From: Convolutriloba macropyga
Taxonomy: Eukaryota
Assembly (NCBI RefSeq): GCF_964194025.1
Contig: NC_134475.1
Coordinates: 6,820,001-6,884,000 of the forward strand
Length of the DNA: 64,000 nucleotides
Direction of reading: 5' to 3'
This document shows positions 63,789 to 64,000 of the stretch, one piece after another; positions within the stretch are counted from its first letter, which is position 1, and each line of letters opens with the position of its first letter. The notes under the pieces were generated by a model. The model did no database searches and had not been told where the DNA came from. It saw nothing but the letters and a program-made list of their open reading frames with translations. A program made the translations under genes and the position numbers.

Positions 63789-63951
63789 GGATCTATTCTG
63801 TTTTGCCCCCCCCCCCCCCCCGCTTAGTGGGTTCATATTCTTTACGCCCCCGGCGCACGTGCCATTTTTTACTTAGTAACGTACTATATAACAACATATA
63901 ACTTGTAACTGGGGGGCGTAAAAAACACTGGGGGGGGGACAGAATAGATCC
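63789..63951 (-). mobile_element. GGATCT-MITE with perfect TSD caggtttt, nested in an older opposite-orientation copy (about 63740 to beyond 64000)
   Basis: caggtttt on both flanks; removing the insert restores ggatct...ttatatagcaggtt...aaaatagcacgtgcacctg. Confidence 0.92.
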
Positions 63952-64000
63952 CAGGTTTTTAATCGAAAAAATAGCACGTGCACCTGCGGTGCGTAAAATA

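Overview
AT-rich eukaryotic (animal-like, species not identifiable from the sequence) genomic DNA. Nearly the whole window is one large, intron-rich minus-strand gene for a TMEM94/KIAA0195 (ERMA, P-type-ATPase-like ER membrane protein) orthologue. Its 5' end lies beyond position 64000 and its stop codon is at 4360. I built a phase-consistent chain of 15 exons by hand (about 1,790 codons in the window when one of the two duplicated exons is used); five of them are not represented in their coding frame in the ORF track. Main discoveries: (1) two tandem, paralogous 87-nt exons only 59 nt apart (61225-61311 and 61371-61457) that look like a mutually exclusive pair, with one upstream sequence able to base-pair with the acceptor region of either exon; (2) a candidate 21-nt microexon; (3) an insertion of about 900 aa of low-complexity sequence in the cytosolic part of the protein. 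The introns hold a GGATCT-terminated MITE family with 8-bp target-site duplications clustered near exons, two Helentron/HINE-like families (one carrying divergent tRNA-like cargo), decayed CR1/L2-type and CRE-type retrotransposons, a 1-kb tandem duplication and several palindromes. All calls come from manual reading and recalled family knowledge; no searches were run.
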